Numbered from the whole stretch's first letter, positions 44,214 through 54,652 are shown. The stretch: DNA of 63,901 bases, filler included, from Nitrospirae bacterium CG2_30_53_67 (GCA_001873285.1; 6 parts of 6 records of this genome joined end to end with filler, not necessarily neighbours in it), one strand, 5' to 3'. Numbers and translations: made by a program. The notes: generated from the letters alone by a model not told the origin.

Positions 44214-45210
44214 TTTTCACCTCCATCAGATCCGATAACAGCTCAGAAGCGCTTTCGTAGAACACATGGGCGCCCTGGGAAAAATGGAGCAGGATCAGAT
44301 TCAGGGAGTCGGGTATATAGGGATAGACCTTCTGCAGATTGGAAACCCGATTGCGAAAGATGACATTCAGGTCGTTCTGCGTCAAATGCCTTAACGCCGG
44401 CGAGTCGTTTTCCACCAGATTCTGTAATGTCAGATACTTCTGCGCGGTAATGTAAGTCAGCAGATTGCCCAAGCCGAAAAGGTCATAGCCTGCGAAACTC
44501 TCCCTGTGAAAATAATTGAAATCGAAGTCGATCCATCGATAATTCCCTGTCTGATTATCCAGAATCAGATGATCGCCCCGGATGTCTCCGTGTTTTTCAC
44601 CCCGGTTATGAAGAAACCCGATGGCTTTCACCATCTCGATATAGACATTCAGCACGGACGGGAAATGATGGAAGAAATAATCCTCGTGGCTGGGACTCAT
44701 TCCGTGGATCTTGTCGGACAGCTTGGCTCCGTGGATATAGTCCAGTATCCGTATGATATTGCCGGCAGCATCCTTCACGGCAAACCCCTGCATGAAATGG
44801 GGATGACCTTCCACGATGCCGAGGATGCGGGCCTCCTTGAGGGGGCTCCGGATGCAGTCGAACGTGATCTTCCCCACGCGGATCTTGAACTTTTCATGGA
44901 ATACCATTTTAATAACCTTGATCTCTCCGCTGAGAAGGTCAACGGCATGCCGGACCCAGTACTTGGGTTCATCGTTCAGACCGAATCGGCCTTCCTTTTC
45001 ATTGTTCCGCATCAGATAAGGCCTGTCATTCAGAATCAGCGCATCATCATAATCCACATGAAAAAAATCCGAGGTATCCGTGATGATCCTGATCCTTGAA
45101 GGGACATGTTCTGCGCCCTGCCATCGGCAGATCATCTCCTTTAATTCGTTCTGGCCGTAGACCCGTTCATATACGGATTTTCTCATTGTTATTATTATAA
45201 CATAGAACAT
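44200..45210 (-). CDS. Ser/Thr protein kinase-like protein
   Basis: VIK, HGDIRGDH catalytic loop, IDFD, DLFGLG; start uncertain. Confidence 0.75.
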   Translation of the reverse strand: MFYVIIITMRKSVYERVYGQNELKEMICRWQGAEHVPSRIRIITDTSDFFHVDYDDALILNDRPYLMRNNEKEGRFGLNDEPKYWVRHAVDLLSGEIKVIKMVFHEKFKIRVGKITFDCIRSPLKEARILGIVEGHPHFMQGFAVKDAAGNIIRILDYIHGAKLSDKIHGMSPSHEDYFFHHFPSVLNVYIEMVKAIGFLHNRGEKHGDIRGDHLILDNQTGNYRWIDFDFNYFHRESFAGYDLFGLGNLLTYITAQKYLTLQNLVENDSPALRHLTQNDLNVIFRNRVSNLQKVYPYIPDSLNLILLHFSQGAHVFYESASELLSDLMEVKNELH

Positions 45211-45503
45211 GAAACCGCCTGTAGGATTTTTTGGACTTTGGGGACGGGAACGTTGTTGATTACGTTGACTTATTTCTACAGAAAACAACATTCCTTCATG
45301 GGGTCAAGAATGTCCCCAAGATTTTTTTTATACAATTCTTAGATACTATCTATAAATATTTGATGTTAAATCCCTGGTGACATTATTAATAGTTTCGAAA
45401 TACGATGTCGTTTCTATGATGAGAACCTCAATAATAGAGAGGTTGACTCTCTCCTCTGAATCGTTTAGAATGTGAAAAACAATGGGAAATAAAGGGGTTA
45501 TCC

Positions 45504-47288
45504 GTGTATTGCCCAGAATGTGCCAATAAGATTGAACCGGAGACGGTACTTTGCCCCGTCTGCGGGATGAAAGGGGATTTACCAGCTTCCACCGACCAGG
45601 TCTGCGACATCTTCCTCATGGGTTTTTCGGACCCCTTATCATACGATAAGGTCATTGATTTCCTGTTGCAGCATTCATTTCTTAAATCGCGGGAAGACCT
45701 TCTATCCCGCCTGTCAAGCCTTCCCGTTCCGCTGACCAAAGGGATGGTATCGGCCCGCGCCCATCAGTTAAGAGAGGATCTGGAGAGCCGAGGAGGGATC
45801 GTTGAACTTCGGAACAGGCAGATGAAGGACCGGGGTATCGCCCGGAAAATCATCAAGGAGGAAGAAGAGCCCGCAGCCCACGCCCCGGCAGGGACCTCCG
45901 CACGGGCAAGCAGGGTCTATCTGTTCCTGTTTCTCCTCTCTCTGACCGCAGCGGTTTACCTGGCCTATTTTCACGACTTCAGCCGTGAGCGGAAGACGGT
46001 CCAGAGGGCGGTGCAGAAGATCGCCTCTCGGCTGACCCCGCCTGTTCCGGGAAAGGAGGCTGTGACGCCCCAGGTCAGCGCCCCGGAGAAGATCTCTGCA
46101 TCCGAGAATCTGGACCAGGAAGGGGTCCGGTTGAACAATGAGGGGGTCTCCCTGATGGACCAGGGGGCCTACGAGGAGGCGGTCCAGTCCTTTGAATCGG
46201 CCAGGAAGCTGATTCCCGGCGATGCGACCATCCTTCAGAACCTCTACCGTGCCTGGCTCATGCAGGGTTACAGACACCTGCAGGGCAAGGCCTATGAACA
46301 GTCGATCCAGTCTTTCAAAGAGGCCCTGAAGGTTTCGGACCAGTCCCCTGAACTCTACAAGCTCATGGGGATGTCGGCATTGAGCCTGCAGGATGAGAGC
46401 AGAGCCGCCGGGTATTTCAAGACCTACATCAAACGGGCGCCGGATGATCTCGAAGTGGACCGTATCCTGGGGGAGATCCTCTACAAACAGAACAAGCTGG
46501 AAGAAGGGCTCAAGTTTTTGAAGATCTATCTTGCCGGAAACCCGGACGATTCCCGCATACGGGATATGGTGAACAAGGCGGGCCGGGAGGCGACCGTGGA
46601 GCAGGGGTTCGACACACGGGAAGGGGAGCATTTTGATGTCCGTTTCGACGGCTCGCAAAACATGGAGGCCGGATACCTGGTGGTGGAGCTTTTGGAGGGC
46701 GCCTATCGTAAAATCGGAGCGGAGCTGAATTACTACCCTTCGGAACACGTGGTGACCATCCTCTACTCGGATGAGGAATTCCGGAACGTCACGCAGACGC
46801 CGGGTTGGGCAAAGGGCCTGTACGACGGGAAAATCCGCATCCCCATCGGCGGGCTCACAGAGAAGAGCCGGACCCTGGAACGGGTCGTGACGCACGAGTA
46901 CACCCATGCGGTCATCCACCAGATGACGGGCGCCCGCTGTCCGACCTGGCTGAACGAAGGGCTGGCCCAATACTTCGAAGGGGAACCGGAGGATGGAATC
47001 GCAGGCAATGCCGGTCTGATTCTTAAGACCAGGGATTTCATTCCTTTAAAAAAACTTGAAGGGTCATTTCTGAATTTGGATGCAAAAGCGGCGGCCATGG
47101 CCTATACTGAGAGCTACACGGTGGTCGATCACATCATCAAGGCGCACGGAATCTATGCCGTCCAGAAGCTTCTTTCGGATCTGTCGGGCGGGGCAGACGT
47201 CGAGTCCGCCCTGCGGTCTGCCGTAGGGTCGGATTATAACGGCCTTGAGGAAGACTGGTTGAAATACCTGGCCCAGAACTACTCCTGA
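45504..47288 (+). CDS. Membrane-anchored zinc-ribbon/TPR/peptidase MA (gluzincin) protein
   Basis: CPEC…CPVC, single TM, TPRs, HEYTH…WLNEGLA. Confidence 0.88.
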   Translation: MYCPECANKIEPETVLCPVCGMKGDLPASTDQVCDIFLMGFSDPLSYDKVIDFLLQHSFLKSREDLLSRLSSLPVPLTKGMVSARAHQLREDLESRGGIVELRNRQMKDRGIARKIIKEEEEPAAHAPAGTSARASRVYLFLFLLSLTAAVYLAYFHDFSRERKTVQRAVQKIASRLTPPVPGKEAVTPQVSAPEKISASENLDQEGVRLNNEGVSLMDQGAYEEAVQSFESARKLIPGDATILQNLYRAWLMQGYRHLQGKAYEQSIQSFKEALKVSDQSPELYKLMGMSALSLQDESRAAGYFKTYIKRAPDDLEVDRILGEILYKQNKLEEGLKFLKIYLAGNPDDSRIRDMVNKAGREATVEQGFDTREGEHFDVRFDGSQNMEAGYLVVELLEGAYRKIGAELNYYPSEHVVTILYSDEEFRNVTQTPGWAKGLYDGKIRIPIGGLTEKSRTLERVVTHEYTHAVIHQMTGARCPTWLNEGLAQYFEGEPEDGIAGNAGLILKTRDFIPLKKLEGSFLNLDAKAAAMAYTESYTVVDHIIKAHGIYAVQKLLSDLSGGADVESALRSAVGSDYNGLEEDWLKYLAQNYS

Positions 47289-47364
47289 GCCTTTCCCGTG
47301 CACGGGTCGGTTACATCATCGGATTTTATTTCCATCCGCCTGCACTGGAGAAAGAATATTACGG

Positions 47365-49041
47365 ATGATACGGCGTAACCTGACCATCTTTTTTGCGGCC
47401 TTTCCTTTTATCGTCTCGTTCCTATTGGACTTCCGGCGGTTTCTCTTTTTCGGGCCTCGAAGAAAGGCCGGTCTTGAATTCCACCATGAACGCGCTCGGA
47501 AGCTGACCGCGAAGATCGCCTCCCTCGGGCCTTCCTTCATCAAGCTGACGCAGGTCCTCTCCACACGGTCGGACATCCTCCCGCCCATCTACCTCCGGGA
47601 ACTCTCCAAGCTCCACGACGAGGTCCCGCCGATCTCCCTGGCCAAGGTCAAGAAGGTCATCGAGACCGAGTATCAACAGCCCTTCGACAAGGTCTTTGAG
47701 GAATTTGATCCCGAGCCCCTGGCCGCGGCCTCACTCGGCCAGGTGCATGTAGCGAAGTACCGGGGAAAGGAGGTCGCGGTCAAGGTGCAGAGGCCCGGCA
47801 TCCATGAGATGGTGACCATGGACCTCAAGATCATCCAGTGGATCCTCGGCGTCCTGAACCAACTGATTCAGTCCAACCAGCTCCGTGCGCTCCAGGTCAC
47901 GGTGGACGAATTTTCCAGGACCATCTATGAAGAAATGGACTTTGAGCAGGAGTCCATGAACATCAGGCGGTTCCAGGAACTGATGAAGGACCGTCCGGAC
48001 ATCATCATTCCCGAGTTCTTTCCGGAACTCACCACCCACCGCATCCTGGTCATGCATTTTTACCATGGGATCAAGATCACCGAGTTTGAAAAACTAAAGA
48101 AGGCGGGGATCCACGTGGACCGGGTCCTCTCCAAACTGATCCGGATCTACACGCAGCAGATCCTGATCGACGGGGTCATCCATGCCGACCCCCATCCCGG
48201 AAATATCCTGGTGACGAATGACGAAAGGATCGTGCTGCTCGATTACGGCCTGGTGGTGGAACTGGATGCCAAGACCCGGAAGGAGCTGATCGACACCACC
48301 ATGGCCGGCGCCCGGAGGGATTTCGACCGGCTGATTCAGGGGTATTACAACCTCGGAATCGCCAACCGGGAGCTCAGTCCCGCCATCCTCAGGGAGGCCG
48401 CTGAGACCATGTTTGACATCCTGACCCAGGAGGGGATCAGCCAGAAGCGGGTCCAGGAGATCGCCTTTGAGGTGATCGAGAGTTTTTACGCCTTCCCCTT
48501 TGAACTGCCGGGCAATCTGGTCTACATCTTTAAGACCGCGGCCCTTGTGGAGGGGATCGGGACCCAGTACCGGTATGATTTCAATGCCGTGAAAGACATC
48601 GTCCCCGTGGTCAAGCAGATGCTCAAGGAGGAGAAGGACCTCTCCGTCTGCGAGCAGGCCAAGAAGGAGTTCAACACCCTGAAGGAGATCTACAGGGACG
48701 CGCCCGAACTGATGCGCACCATGCGCCGTGAGGAGCTTCGTGTCCGGATCCATCCGGTGAGCATTACCCAGACCGAAGAGTATGTGGCCAGGGTCTTCCG
48801 AAGGGCCATGATCGGCATCTTTGCCGTGGGCATCGCCCTGACCACGTCCATCCTCTACGTTGCCCATCACAGATTCACCCTCCTGATCGGCGGCCTGGCC
48901 CTTTCCGTGCTGGTCATGATTGGGGTGATCTTCATCCCCATACACACCACCTACGGGTTCCATTTGTGGATGGACATCGGGAGAAAGAAAAAAAAGCGCA
49001 CCGTTCCGGCAGGCCGGGACAAGAGGGAACATGAGAGATAG
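47365..49041 (+). CDS. ABC1/UbiB/AarF-family atypical kinase
   Basis: [34 protein letters not shown]. Confidence 0.95.
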   Translation: MIRRNLTIFFAAFPFIVSFLLDFRRFLFFGPRRKAGLEFHHERARKLTAKIASLGPSFIKLTQVLSTRSDILPPIYLRELSKLHDEVPPISLAKVKKVIETEYQQPFDKVFEEFDPEPLAAASLGQVHVAKYRGKEVAVKVQRPGIHEMVTMDLKIIQWILGVLNQLIQSNQLRALQVTVDEFSRTIYEEMDFEQESMNIRRFQELMKDRPDIIIPEFFPELTTHRILVMHFYHGIKITEFEKLKKAGIHVDRVLSKLIRIYTQQILIDGVIHADPHPGNILVTNDERIVLLDYGLVVELDAKTRKELIDTTMAGARRDFDRLIQGYYNLGIANRELSPAILREAAETMFDILTQEGISQKRVQEIAFEVIESFYAFPFELPGNLVYIFKTAALVEGIGTQYRYDFNAVKDIVPVVKQMLKEEKDLSVCEQAKKEFNTLKEIYRDAPELMRTMRREELRVRIHPVSITQTEEYVARVFRRAMIGIFAVGIALTTSILYVAHHRFTLLIGGLALSVLVMIGVIFIPIHTTYGFHLWMDIGRKKKKRTVPAGRDKREHER

Positions 49042-49074
49042 GCTGCCCGAGAACACTGTGAGAAAGGGAGAATC

Positions 49075-50022
49075 ATGCGGCGGTATCTGAAATTCATGGT
49101 GAAATTCATCGGCCTCCTCATCGTCTTCTATATTGCTGCGAGGATCACCATCTGGCTGGCCACCTCCGGGCATACCGTCACGGCGCCCGATCTTCAGGGC
49201 AAGAACGTGGTGGACGCCCTCAAGGAAGTGGGGAAGATCGGCCTCGACCTCCGAGTGGTCCGGGAGGAGTACGACTCCGCTGTCCCTCGGAACGGGATCC
49301 TGGGTCAGGACCCCAAGCCCGGCGTCGAGCTGAAGGTGGACCGAAACATCGAGGTGGTCGTGAGCCTCGGCGCCCGTGACATTGCCATCCCTGACGTGAG
49401 GGGGACTACACTCCGCAAGGCAGAGCTCATCCTGAAACAGAACGGCCTCTCCGCCGGCCTGACCACACGCGTCCATGCGCATGAAGAAGAAGGCACCATC
49501 CTTTCGCAGAACCCCATGCCCTTGACCGTGGATGTCAGAGAGAACGCTGTGGACCTGCTGGCGAGCGCCGGGCCCCGTCTCTCCGTTTATAGTATGCCCG
49601 ACCTCATCGGCATGGATTTCAACCAGGCCGTGGCCCTTCTCGAGTCCGCAAGGCTCCCGATAGGGAACGTCCGGTACGAGGTATATACTGAAGGCGTGGT
49701 GGAGAACCGGGTCCTCAACCAGTCTCCCGCCTTCGGCTATCCCGTGAGCCAAGAGACCCCCGTCAGCCTTGTGGTCCATCGGGAATCGTCCGCCCAGACC
49801 GGCGTCACCGTCACCCGGATCCCCTTTTCCTACCGTATTCCTTTCGGGCTCATGCCCGTGGATGCCGATCTGTTTGTGGAAGACCGGCAGGGGAGGCGGC
49901 GTGTCTTTTCGGAACGCAAGCTTCCCGGGAGCCTTATCGAGCTCCCCCTTGAGATTTCAGGAAAGGCCGTGGTCGAGGTCTATCTCAACGGAAAGATGGT
50001 CCAGTCCCTGGATTACCGGTAG
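49075..50022 (+). CDS. PASTA-domain protein (three repeats)
   Basis: APDLQG, IPDVRG, MPDLIG repeats with Q-x-P; N-terminal TM. Confidence 0.92.
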   Translation: MRRYLKFMVKFIGLLIVFYIAARITIWLATSGHTVTAPDLQGKNVVDALKEVGKIGLDLRVVREEYDSAVPRNGILGQDPKPGVELKVDRNIEVVVSLGARDIAIPDVRGTTLRKAELILKQNGLSAGLTTRVHAHEEEGTILSQNPMPLTVDVRENAVDLLASAGPRLSVYSMPDLIGMDFNQAVALLESARLPIGNVRYEVYTEGVVENRVLNQSPAFGYPVSQETPVSLVVHRESSAQTGVTVTRIPFSYRIPFGLMPVDADLFVEDRQGRRRVFSERKLPGSLIELPLEISGKAVVEVYLNGKMVQSLDYR

Positions 50023-50070
50023 GTCCGGCCTTGCGCCGTGAAATCACTGCTTGCAAACCGGCGCAGCAGG

Positions 50071-50091
50071 GTATATATTTAAAATATATAC
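50071..50091. promoter_or_regulatory. Probable vapBC operator
   Basis: GTATATAT-TTAAA-ATATATAC palindrome just upstream of the RBS. Confidence 0.65.
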
Positions 50092-50106
50092 TTTGGGAGG
50101 GATGTT

Positions 50107-50334
50107 ATGAAAACCGCAAAACTCTTTCAAAACGGCCGGAGTCAGGCCGTCCGTCTGCCCAAGGAGTTCAGATTTGAAGACGACCACGTGTTCGTCAAAA
50201 AGTCCGGAAACGCCGTTGTGTTGATCCCGGCAAAGAACTCATGGGATTCTCTATTCAAAAGCCTCGGCAAGTTTTCCGATGAATTCATGGCTGAACGCAA
50301 ACAGCCGGGCACACAGGTTCGGGAGGAGTTCTGA
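50107..50334 (+). CDS. vapB: VapB antitoxin (AbrB fold)
   Basis: AKLFQNGRSQAVRLPKEFRF. Confidence 0.95.
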   Translation: MKTAKLFQNGRSQAVRLPKEFRFEDDHVFVKKSGNAVVLIPAKNSWDSLFKSLGKFSDEFMAERKQPGTQVREEF

Positions 50335-50735
50335 TGAAGTTCATGCTCGATACAAATACGTGCATTTACCTCATCAAACAGAAACCCCCAAAAGTCCTGA
50401 AGCATTTTAAATCGCATTCCATAGGAGACATCGGTATCTCCGTCATAACACTCGCTGAACTCCAGTATGGTGCGGCAAAAAGTCAGCACGTCGAGAAAAA
50501 CCGGGCAGCTCTGGAAGAATTTCTTCTTCCTCTTGAAGTTGCGGATTTTGATGAGAAAGCAGCGCAAGCATACGGCACGGTCAGAGCAGCGCTCGAAAAA
50601 GCCGGAACTCCGATTGGATCACTGGATACGCAGATCGGAGCGCACGCCCTGAGCCTCGGCATAACGCTCGTCACGAACAACACCAGGGAGTTCAGACGGA
50701 TTAAAAGTTTGAAGGTCGTGGATTGGACCGTGTGA
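50334..50735 (+). CDS. vapC: VapC PIN toxin
   Basis: MLDTNTC, AEL, D..I.AHA, VTNNTREF; TGATG coupling. Confidence 0.95.
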   Translation: MKFMLDTNTCIYLIKQKPPKVLKHFKSHSIGDIGISVITLAELQYGAAKSQHVEKNRAALEEFLLPLEVADFDEKAAQAYGTVRAALEKAGTPIGSLDTQIGAHALSLGITLVTNNTREFRRIKSLKVVDWTV

Positions 50736-50838
50736 GATTCTCATGCGGAGTCCGTGCGATTGAACGGATCCCATATTTCTCTCGACTACCGAAAACTTCC
50801 CCTCCTCATAGGTTATTCCGCTGTGATCCGCCCGCCAC

Positions 50839-50995
50839 GGGTGTGTGACAAATTTATGGGTAAATATTTCTCTGAGAGCGTCATTCCCCGACTCGATCGG
50901 GGAATCCAGACATTAGAAACTGGATTGTCCGGTCAAGCCGGACAATGACAACCATATATAATCCTGATGTGTACCCACATTTTTGTCGCACACCC
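50839..50995. mobile_element. 157-bp MITE with 24-bp TIR and 9-bp imperfect TSD, carrying a REP doublet
   Basis: GGGTGTGTGACAAATTTATGGGTA / TACCCACATTTTTGTCGCACACCC; flanks GCCCGCCAC / GCCGGCCAC. Confidence 0.8.
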
Positions 50996-51086
50996 GCCGG
51001 CCACAATTCCCTTTACAAATTCCGTAGAACTTGATAAATGAATACTTAACGATTATTTTCAGGTCCACGACTCGTAGAGCGGTTCA

Positions 51087-51147
51087 GTCCAACACGTTTT
51101 ATCCGAAATGCCTCTCGGCGCTACGGATAAAACGCCATACGTTATGT
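51087..51147 (+). mobile_element. attC-like site 1
   Basis: GTCCAAC…CGTTTTATCCG / CGGATAAAACG…GTTATGT. Confidence 0.6.
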
Positions 51148-51242
51148 GCACGCGGAGGACGGAGGCGGCAGTCCTATGTCCCATGTCATAACGATCCTGT
51201 ACACGGCCGGGTGGCAATAAATAGGGGCAAGGCAATGGCAAT

Positions 51243-51358
51243 AAATAGGGACAGCGCCCATTTATTTTTCTATCTTTAGGTTTCATATTGGAAGAATTTA
51301 TGCAGAATGAATGTCTCATTACAAGTGCCCTAACAATAAATGGGTGCTGTCCCTATTT
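51243..51358. mobile_element. 116-bp MITE (complete copy)
   Basis: 24-bp TIR AAATAGGGACAGCGCCCATTTATT / AATAAATGGGTGCTGTCCCTATTT; three copies in the window. Confidence 0.85.
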
Positions 51359-51365
51359 TTAGTGA

Positions 51366-51614
51366 AAGGATCACCGCCATGATGGCCCTGGCCTCAAGCG
51401 CGGTGACCTTTTCGAGATCGTCCTGATTCAGACGAAAGGAGGTTCTGCCCCGCGACCCACGCTGGATGACCTTGCCCGCTTAAAAGGGGTCGCCAAACAT
51501 CACAAGGCAAAGCATGTCATTCTGGCGGAGTGGCGGCGTGCAGAGAAACTCGAACTGTTCAAGCTCAGCGGAACGCGCTGGCAATCGGTTTCACCGGATG
51601 AAGTCTTTGGTTGA
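51366..51614 (+). pseudogene. 5'-truncated cassette gene, PD-(D/E)XK-nuclease-like
   Basis: Open frame KDHRHDGPGLKRGDLFEIVLIQTKGGSA…EVFG* with no start, ending 11 nt before an attC. Confidence 0.55.
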
Positions 51615-51625
51615 TGCCGGAAGGC

Positions 51626-51704
51626 AGCTAACAAACCGTTGCACCCGATCCTCGGGAGCGGCGCTTCGCGCCGTCCCTCGGCCGGGTGAACGGTGACGTT
51701 AGCT
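51626..51704 (+). mobile_element. attC site 2
   Basis: R'' AGCTAAC, R' GTTAGCT, imperfect hairpin CCGTTGCACCCG…CGGGTGAACGG with an extrahelical base. Confidence 0.88.
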
Positions 51705-51728
51705 GCTCAAAAAAAAGGAGGTAATAGA

Positions 51729-52814
51729 ATGAACAGTCATCGTTGTTGCACAAGGCAATTGCTGGTGTTGCTATTGATTATCAGCTCCATAGTTACGACG
51801 TTTGCATTGGCGGCTGATGATAGCGAAAAAGCAGGGGTATTGCAGTTTACGGCTCATCCAGACGGCACTTTTAGCGTTATATCCCAGTCAGCCCCATTAG
51901 AGATGCTGCTATCAAGAATTCGTGAGACGACAAATGTTGATATTTATATTGATGGCGCATCAAAGAAGCGACCCGTCTCGATTAATGTGAAGAATATTTC
52001 GTTAATTCAGTTGTTGAGGCGTATTGCTGGAGCAAATTACGCAATGGTTTACGATGGGCTTACCGTATCTGCGTTGCATGTATTACCAAAAGGCAAAACG
52101 CAGTCTGCCAATGGCGACATTGCCATTTCCGAGTTCTCTGGACAAGTAAAAATTACCAATCAGCGCGCCAGGATGTTTTTCACGCCGGCTAACAAATCCA
52201 AGAGCGCAATTGATAGCTACATCAATAAACGACACGAAGCACTATCAAAACTATCAGAAGAAAACCCTAACAAAGAGCTTCATGCGCAAATATCGTTCAA
52301 AGGATATTTGTCTGCTGATCAGGTTATTGCGCTTGTGAACGAAAACCAATTGGATCCAGTTACTCTTAACATTGGATGGAAAGAGAACGGTGGCGGGTAT
52401 GATTTAAAACAGGGGGAAGCGATTGAATTGGCTATCAAGTCAGCAGCGGCACATCACGAGCGATTCATCGCAGAGCTACAGGAAGACGCAAATATGCAAG
52501 TTACCAATTTGCGCCAACAAGGCATAAGTGATGTACAAATGCAGTCAGAGCTGGCATTCCAACAAAATGCAAATGACATGAACTCGGTTTTCCATAGCAA
52601 AGGAGTCCCGTTTTATGGCGTGCGTGTAGCCGCAACTGCAAAGCAATTACAAGCACTTACAAGCAATGATAGGAAAATTAGGCTTGTTGACCCGTTATGG
52701 GGTGGCTCAGTGGAAGATGAAATTGCCAACGTATACCCAACGACAAAGATTGCAATTCCGCTTGTCCCAGATAATGAAACTTTCATTCCTGAAATCACGG
52801 AGGATAGAAAATGA
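51729..52814 (+). CDS. Cassette-borne exported protein (N-terminal STN/secretin-N-like segment)
   Basis: Signal peptide ALA, APLEMLL…VSINVKNISLIQLLRRI; AT-richer than flanking genes. Confidence 0.7.
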   Translation: MNSHRCCTRQLLVLLLIISSIVTTFALAADDSEKAGVLQFTAHPDGTFSVISQSAPLEMLLSRIRETTNVDIYIDGASKKRPVSINVKNISLIQLLRRIAGANYAMVYDGLTVSALHVLPKGKTQSANGDIAISEFSGQVKITNQRARMFFTPANKSKSAIDSYINKRHEALSKLSEENPNKELHAQISFKGYLSADQVIALVNENQLDPVTLNIGWKENGGGYDLKQGEAIELAIKSAAAHHERFIAELQEDANMQVTNLRQQGISDVQMQSELAFQQNANDMNSVFHSKGVPFYGVRVAATAKQLQALTSNDRKIRLVDPLWGGSVEDEIANVYPTTKIAIPLVPDNETFIPEITEDRK

Positions 52815-53440
52815 AAAAGCTATTTTTTCTGTTTGTCGTGTTTTGTATGGCAGTTCCTGCATTTGCAGGCGAACCGTGGGCGCCTGTATCTGGATATAGC
52901 AGCGTCAATCAATCAAAAACCTACAATCGGTTTATATTCTCATCGCTCAGTGGACAGTATGGTGATGACGAGACTTATGAACATGAGACCCAAGTCTACA
53001 ATAATGCTTTTGCTGATTATGATGGTTATTGGTCAAGCAATCTACCAGCCAAGTATTATGATACGCCGTTTTCGGATGACATAGACACTTTTACTATTGG
53101 CTCCGCAAGAGCAGCCGATCTGCAAGATGGTGTGCAGTACTATACCTATATGGCGTTGACCAAAGGGAACAATTCTGACTGCCAAGGCTGTTGCTCATCA
53201 CATGGTGGCGTGGTTTGCAGTAATGGGATTACGCAATGTGCCGACGGCACACCGCTTTCCTCAACGTGTGTAGCCAAGGGATGCAACCAATGTTTAAACG
53301 AAGCAACTGTGCGTATCAAGGGGCAGCGAGGGCACAGCGTTATTCCCGGATGCACTTCAACGTGGTGCATATTCGCTGATGCGACAACCGGAACAATGTG
53401 CCTTTTGAATGCCCCGCAGTATAAAAGCTGGACATATTGA
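52811..53440 (+). CDS. Cassette-borne secreted Cys-rich protein
   Basis: Signal peptide AFA; CQGCCSSHGGVVC…CADG…C module; ATGA overlap with upstream gene. Confidence 0.75.
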   Translation: MKKLFFLFVVFCMAVPAFAGEPWAPVSGYSSVNQSKTYNRFIFSSLSGQYGDDETYEHETQVYNNAFADYDGYWSSNLPAKYYDTPFSDDIDTFTIGSARAADLQDGVQYYTYMALTKGNNSDCQGCCSSHGGVVCSNGITQCADGTPLSSTCVAKGCNQCLNEATVRIKGQRGHSVIPGCTSTWCIFADATTGTMCLLNAPQYKSWTY

Positions 53441-53457
53441 TGGTACTGCATATTTGC

Positions 53458-53538
53458 AGCTAACAACGCCATCAACTCGGGCGTGCAAAAGCGCCGCTTC
53501 TCTCTGCTTTTGCACGCCGGTTATGGCGAGCGTTGGAG
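53458..53538 (+). mobile_element. attC site 3
   Basis: R'' AGCTAAC, CGCCATCAAC…GTTATGGCG, GGCGTGCAAAAGC/GCTTTTGCACGCC stem, R' GTTGGAG. Confidence 0.88.
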
Positions 53539-53725
53539 CAGTGATCATGACTGAGCGATTCGTCAGTTTCGACAGGCAGCCTCGCGGCGGACGCAAGGCC
53601 GCGAGATGGTGGCTGTTCAGCATTTGTGAGATGGAGGAAGGCCCAAAAACAGGCTGAATGATGTAGTTCGGGAATGCAGGAATAAGGTGAATGAAGAAAA
53701 TGAAGCTATCTAAAAGTTGGATTGC

Positions 53726-54094
53726 ATGAAAATGAAATGTCCGATGCAAATTATCATGCCGGTTTTTGTCGTCTCTTTGTCTCTTGCCTGTGCCTCAACA
53801 CGAACACTTGAGCAGAACTTTTCGTCCATACAAACCGGTATGTCCAGACAGAACATTAAAAGCATCATGGGGAAGCCGGAAAGGGCCGATGCAGGCGTGG
53901 TTCCTCAATCGCCATTCTTCGGACCGCAGGAAGCTTTGCTAAGTGTGCTGAAGCCAGGCGCCTCCTTTGAGGAATGGCAATATATAGATGAGGGAAACAT
54001 ATATCTTATCTGGTTTGGCAGCATCAGCGGCGAGCCTCAGGAGAACTGGAGAGTTGTAACAAAATTCGGATACCCCAAAGGCGCCGTATTTTAA
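53726..54094 (+). CDS. Lipoprotein, SmpA/BamE-like fold (paralog 2)
   Basis: 19 differences in 125 aa versus the 10758-11135 ORF. Confidence 0.75.
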   Translation: MKMKCPMQIIMPVFVVSLSLACASTRTLEQNFSSIQTGMSRQNIKSIMGKPERADAGVVPQSPFFGPQEALLSVLKPGASFEEWQYIDEGNIYLIWFGSISGEPQENWRVVTKFGYPKGAVF

Positions 54095-54182
54095 GTGCAG
54101 CCGGTTCCTCGCGAGGTTATTCATGACATATGGCCTCATTCGAGCAGGCACTAAACAGCACCGATGATTAAATAAGGGCAAA

Positions 54183-54201
54183 CCCCCGGCTCTGCCGGGG
54201 G
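54183..54201. repeat. GC hairpin resembling an IS200/IS605 end or REP
   Basis: CCCCCGGC-TCT-GCCGGGGG. Confidence 0.5.
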
Positions 54202-54324
54202 ACTCTTAGAGTTTGACAATTACTGGAGTATGCAGTTAACCGGAATGCTTTACCCCTCACCCTTACCCTCTCCCACAAGGGGCGAGGGAACTGCCAGTGG
54301 GCCTCCCCTCCCTTGATGTAGATT

Positions 54325-54421
54325 AAATAGGGACAGCGCCCATTTATTGTTAGGGCACTTGTAATGAGACATTCATTCTGCATAAATTCTTCCAATATGA
54401 AACCTAAAGATAGAAAAATAA
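54325..54421 (-). mobile_element. AAATAGGGACAGC MITE, inverted copy at contig end
   Basis: Reverse complement of ~51262-51358. Confidence 0.85.
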
Positions 54422-54521
54422 NNNNNNNNNNNNNNNNNNNNNNNNNNNNNNNNNNNNNNNNNNNNTTAATTAATTAANNNNNNNNNNNNNNNNNNNNNNN
54501 NNNNNNNNNNNNNNNNNNNNN

Positions 54522-54652
54522 TCGTTTTCACTCTTGCAGGCGACGGAACAACTGTGACACCCGACGCAGTGTCTGAGATCAATCACCATCGCATAACGGG
54601 TCCTCCGCTTCTCATCACCGGATGAGGCATTCTGAGAGGGTTTATCGGGCAT
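54522..54652 (-). CDS. 4Fe-4S dicluster protein (NrfC/DmsB/PsrB-like), 5' fragment
   Basis: [25 protein letters not shown]. Confidence 0.9.
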
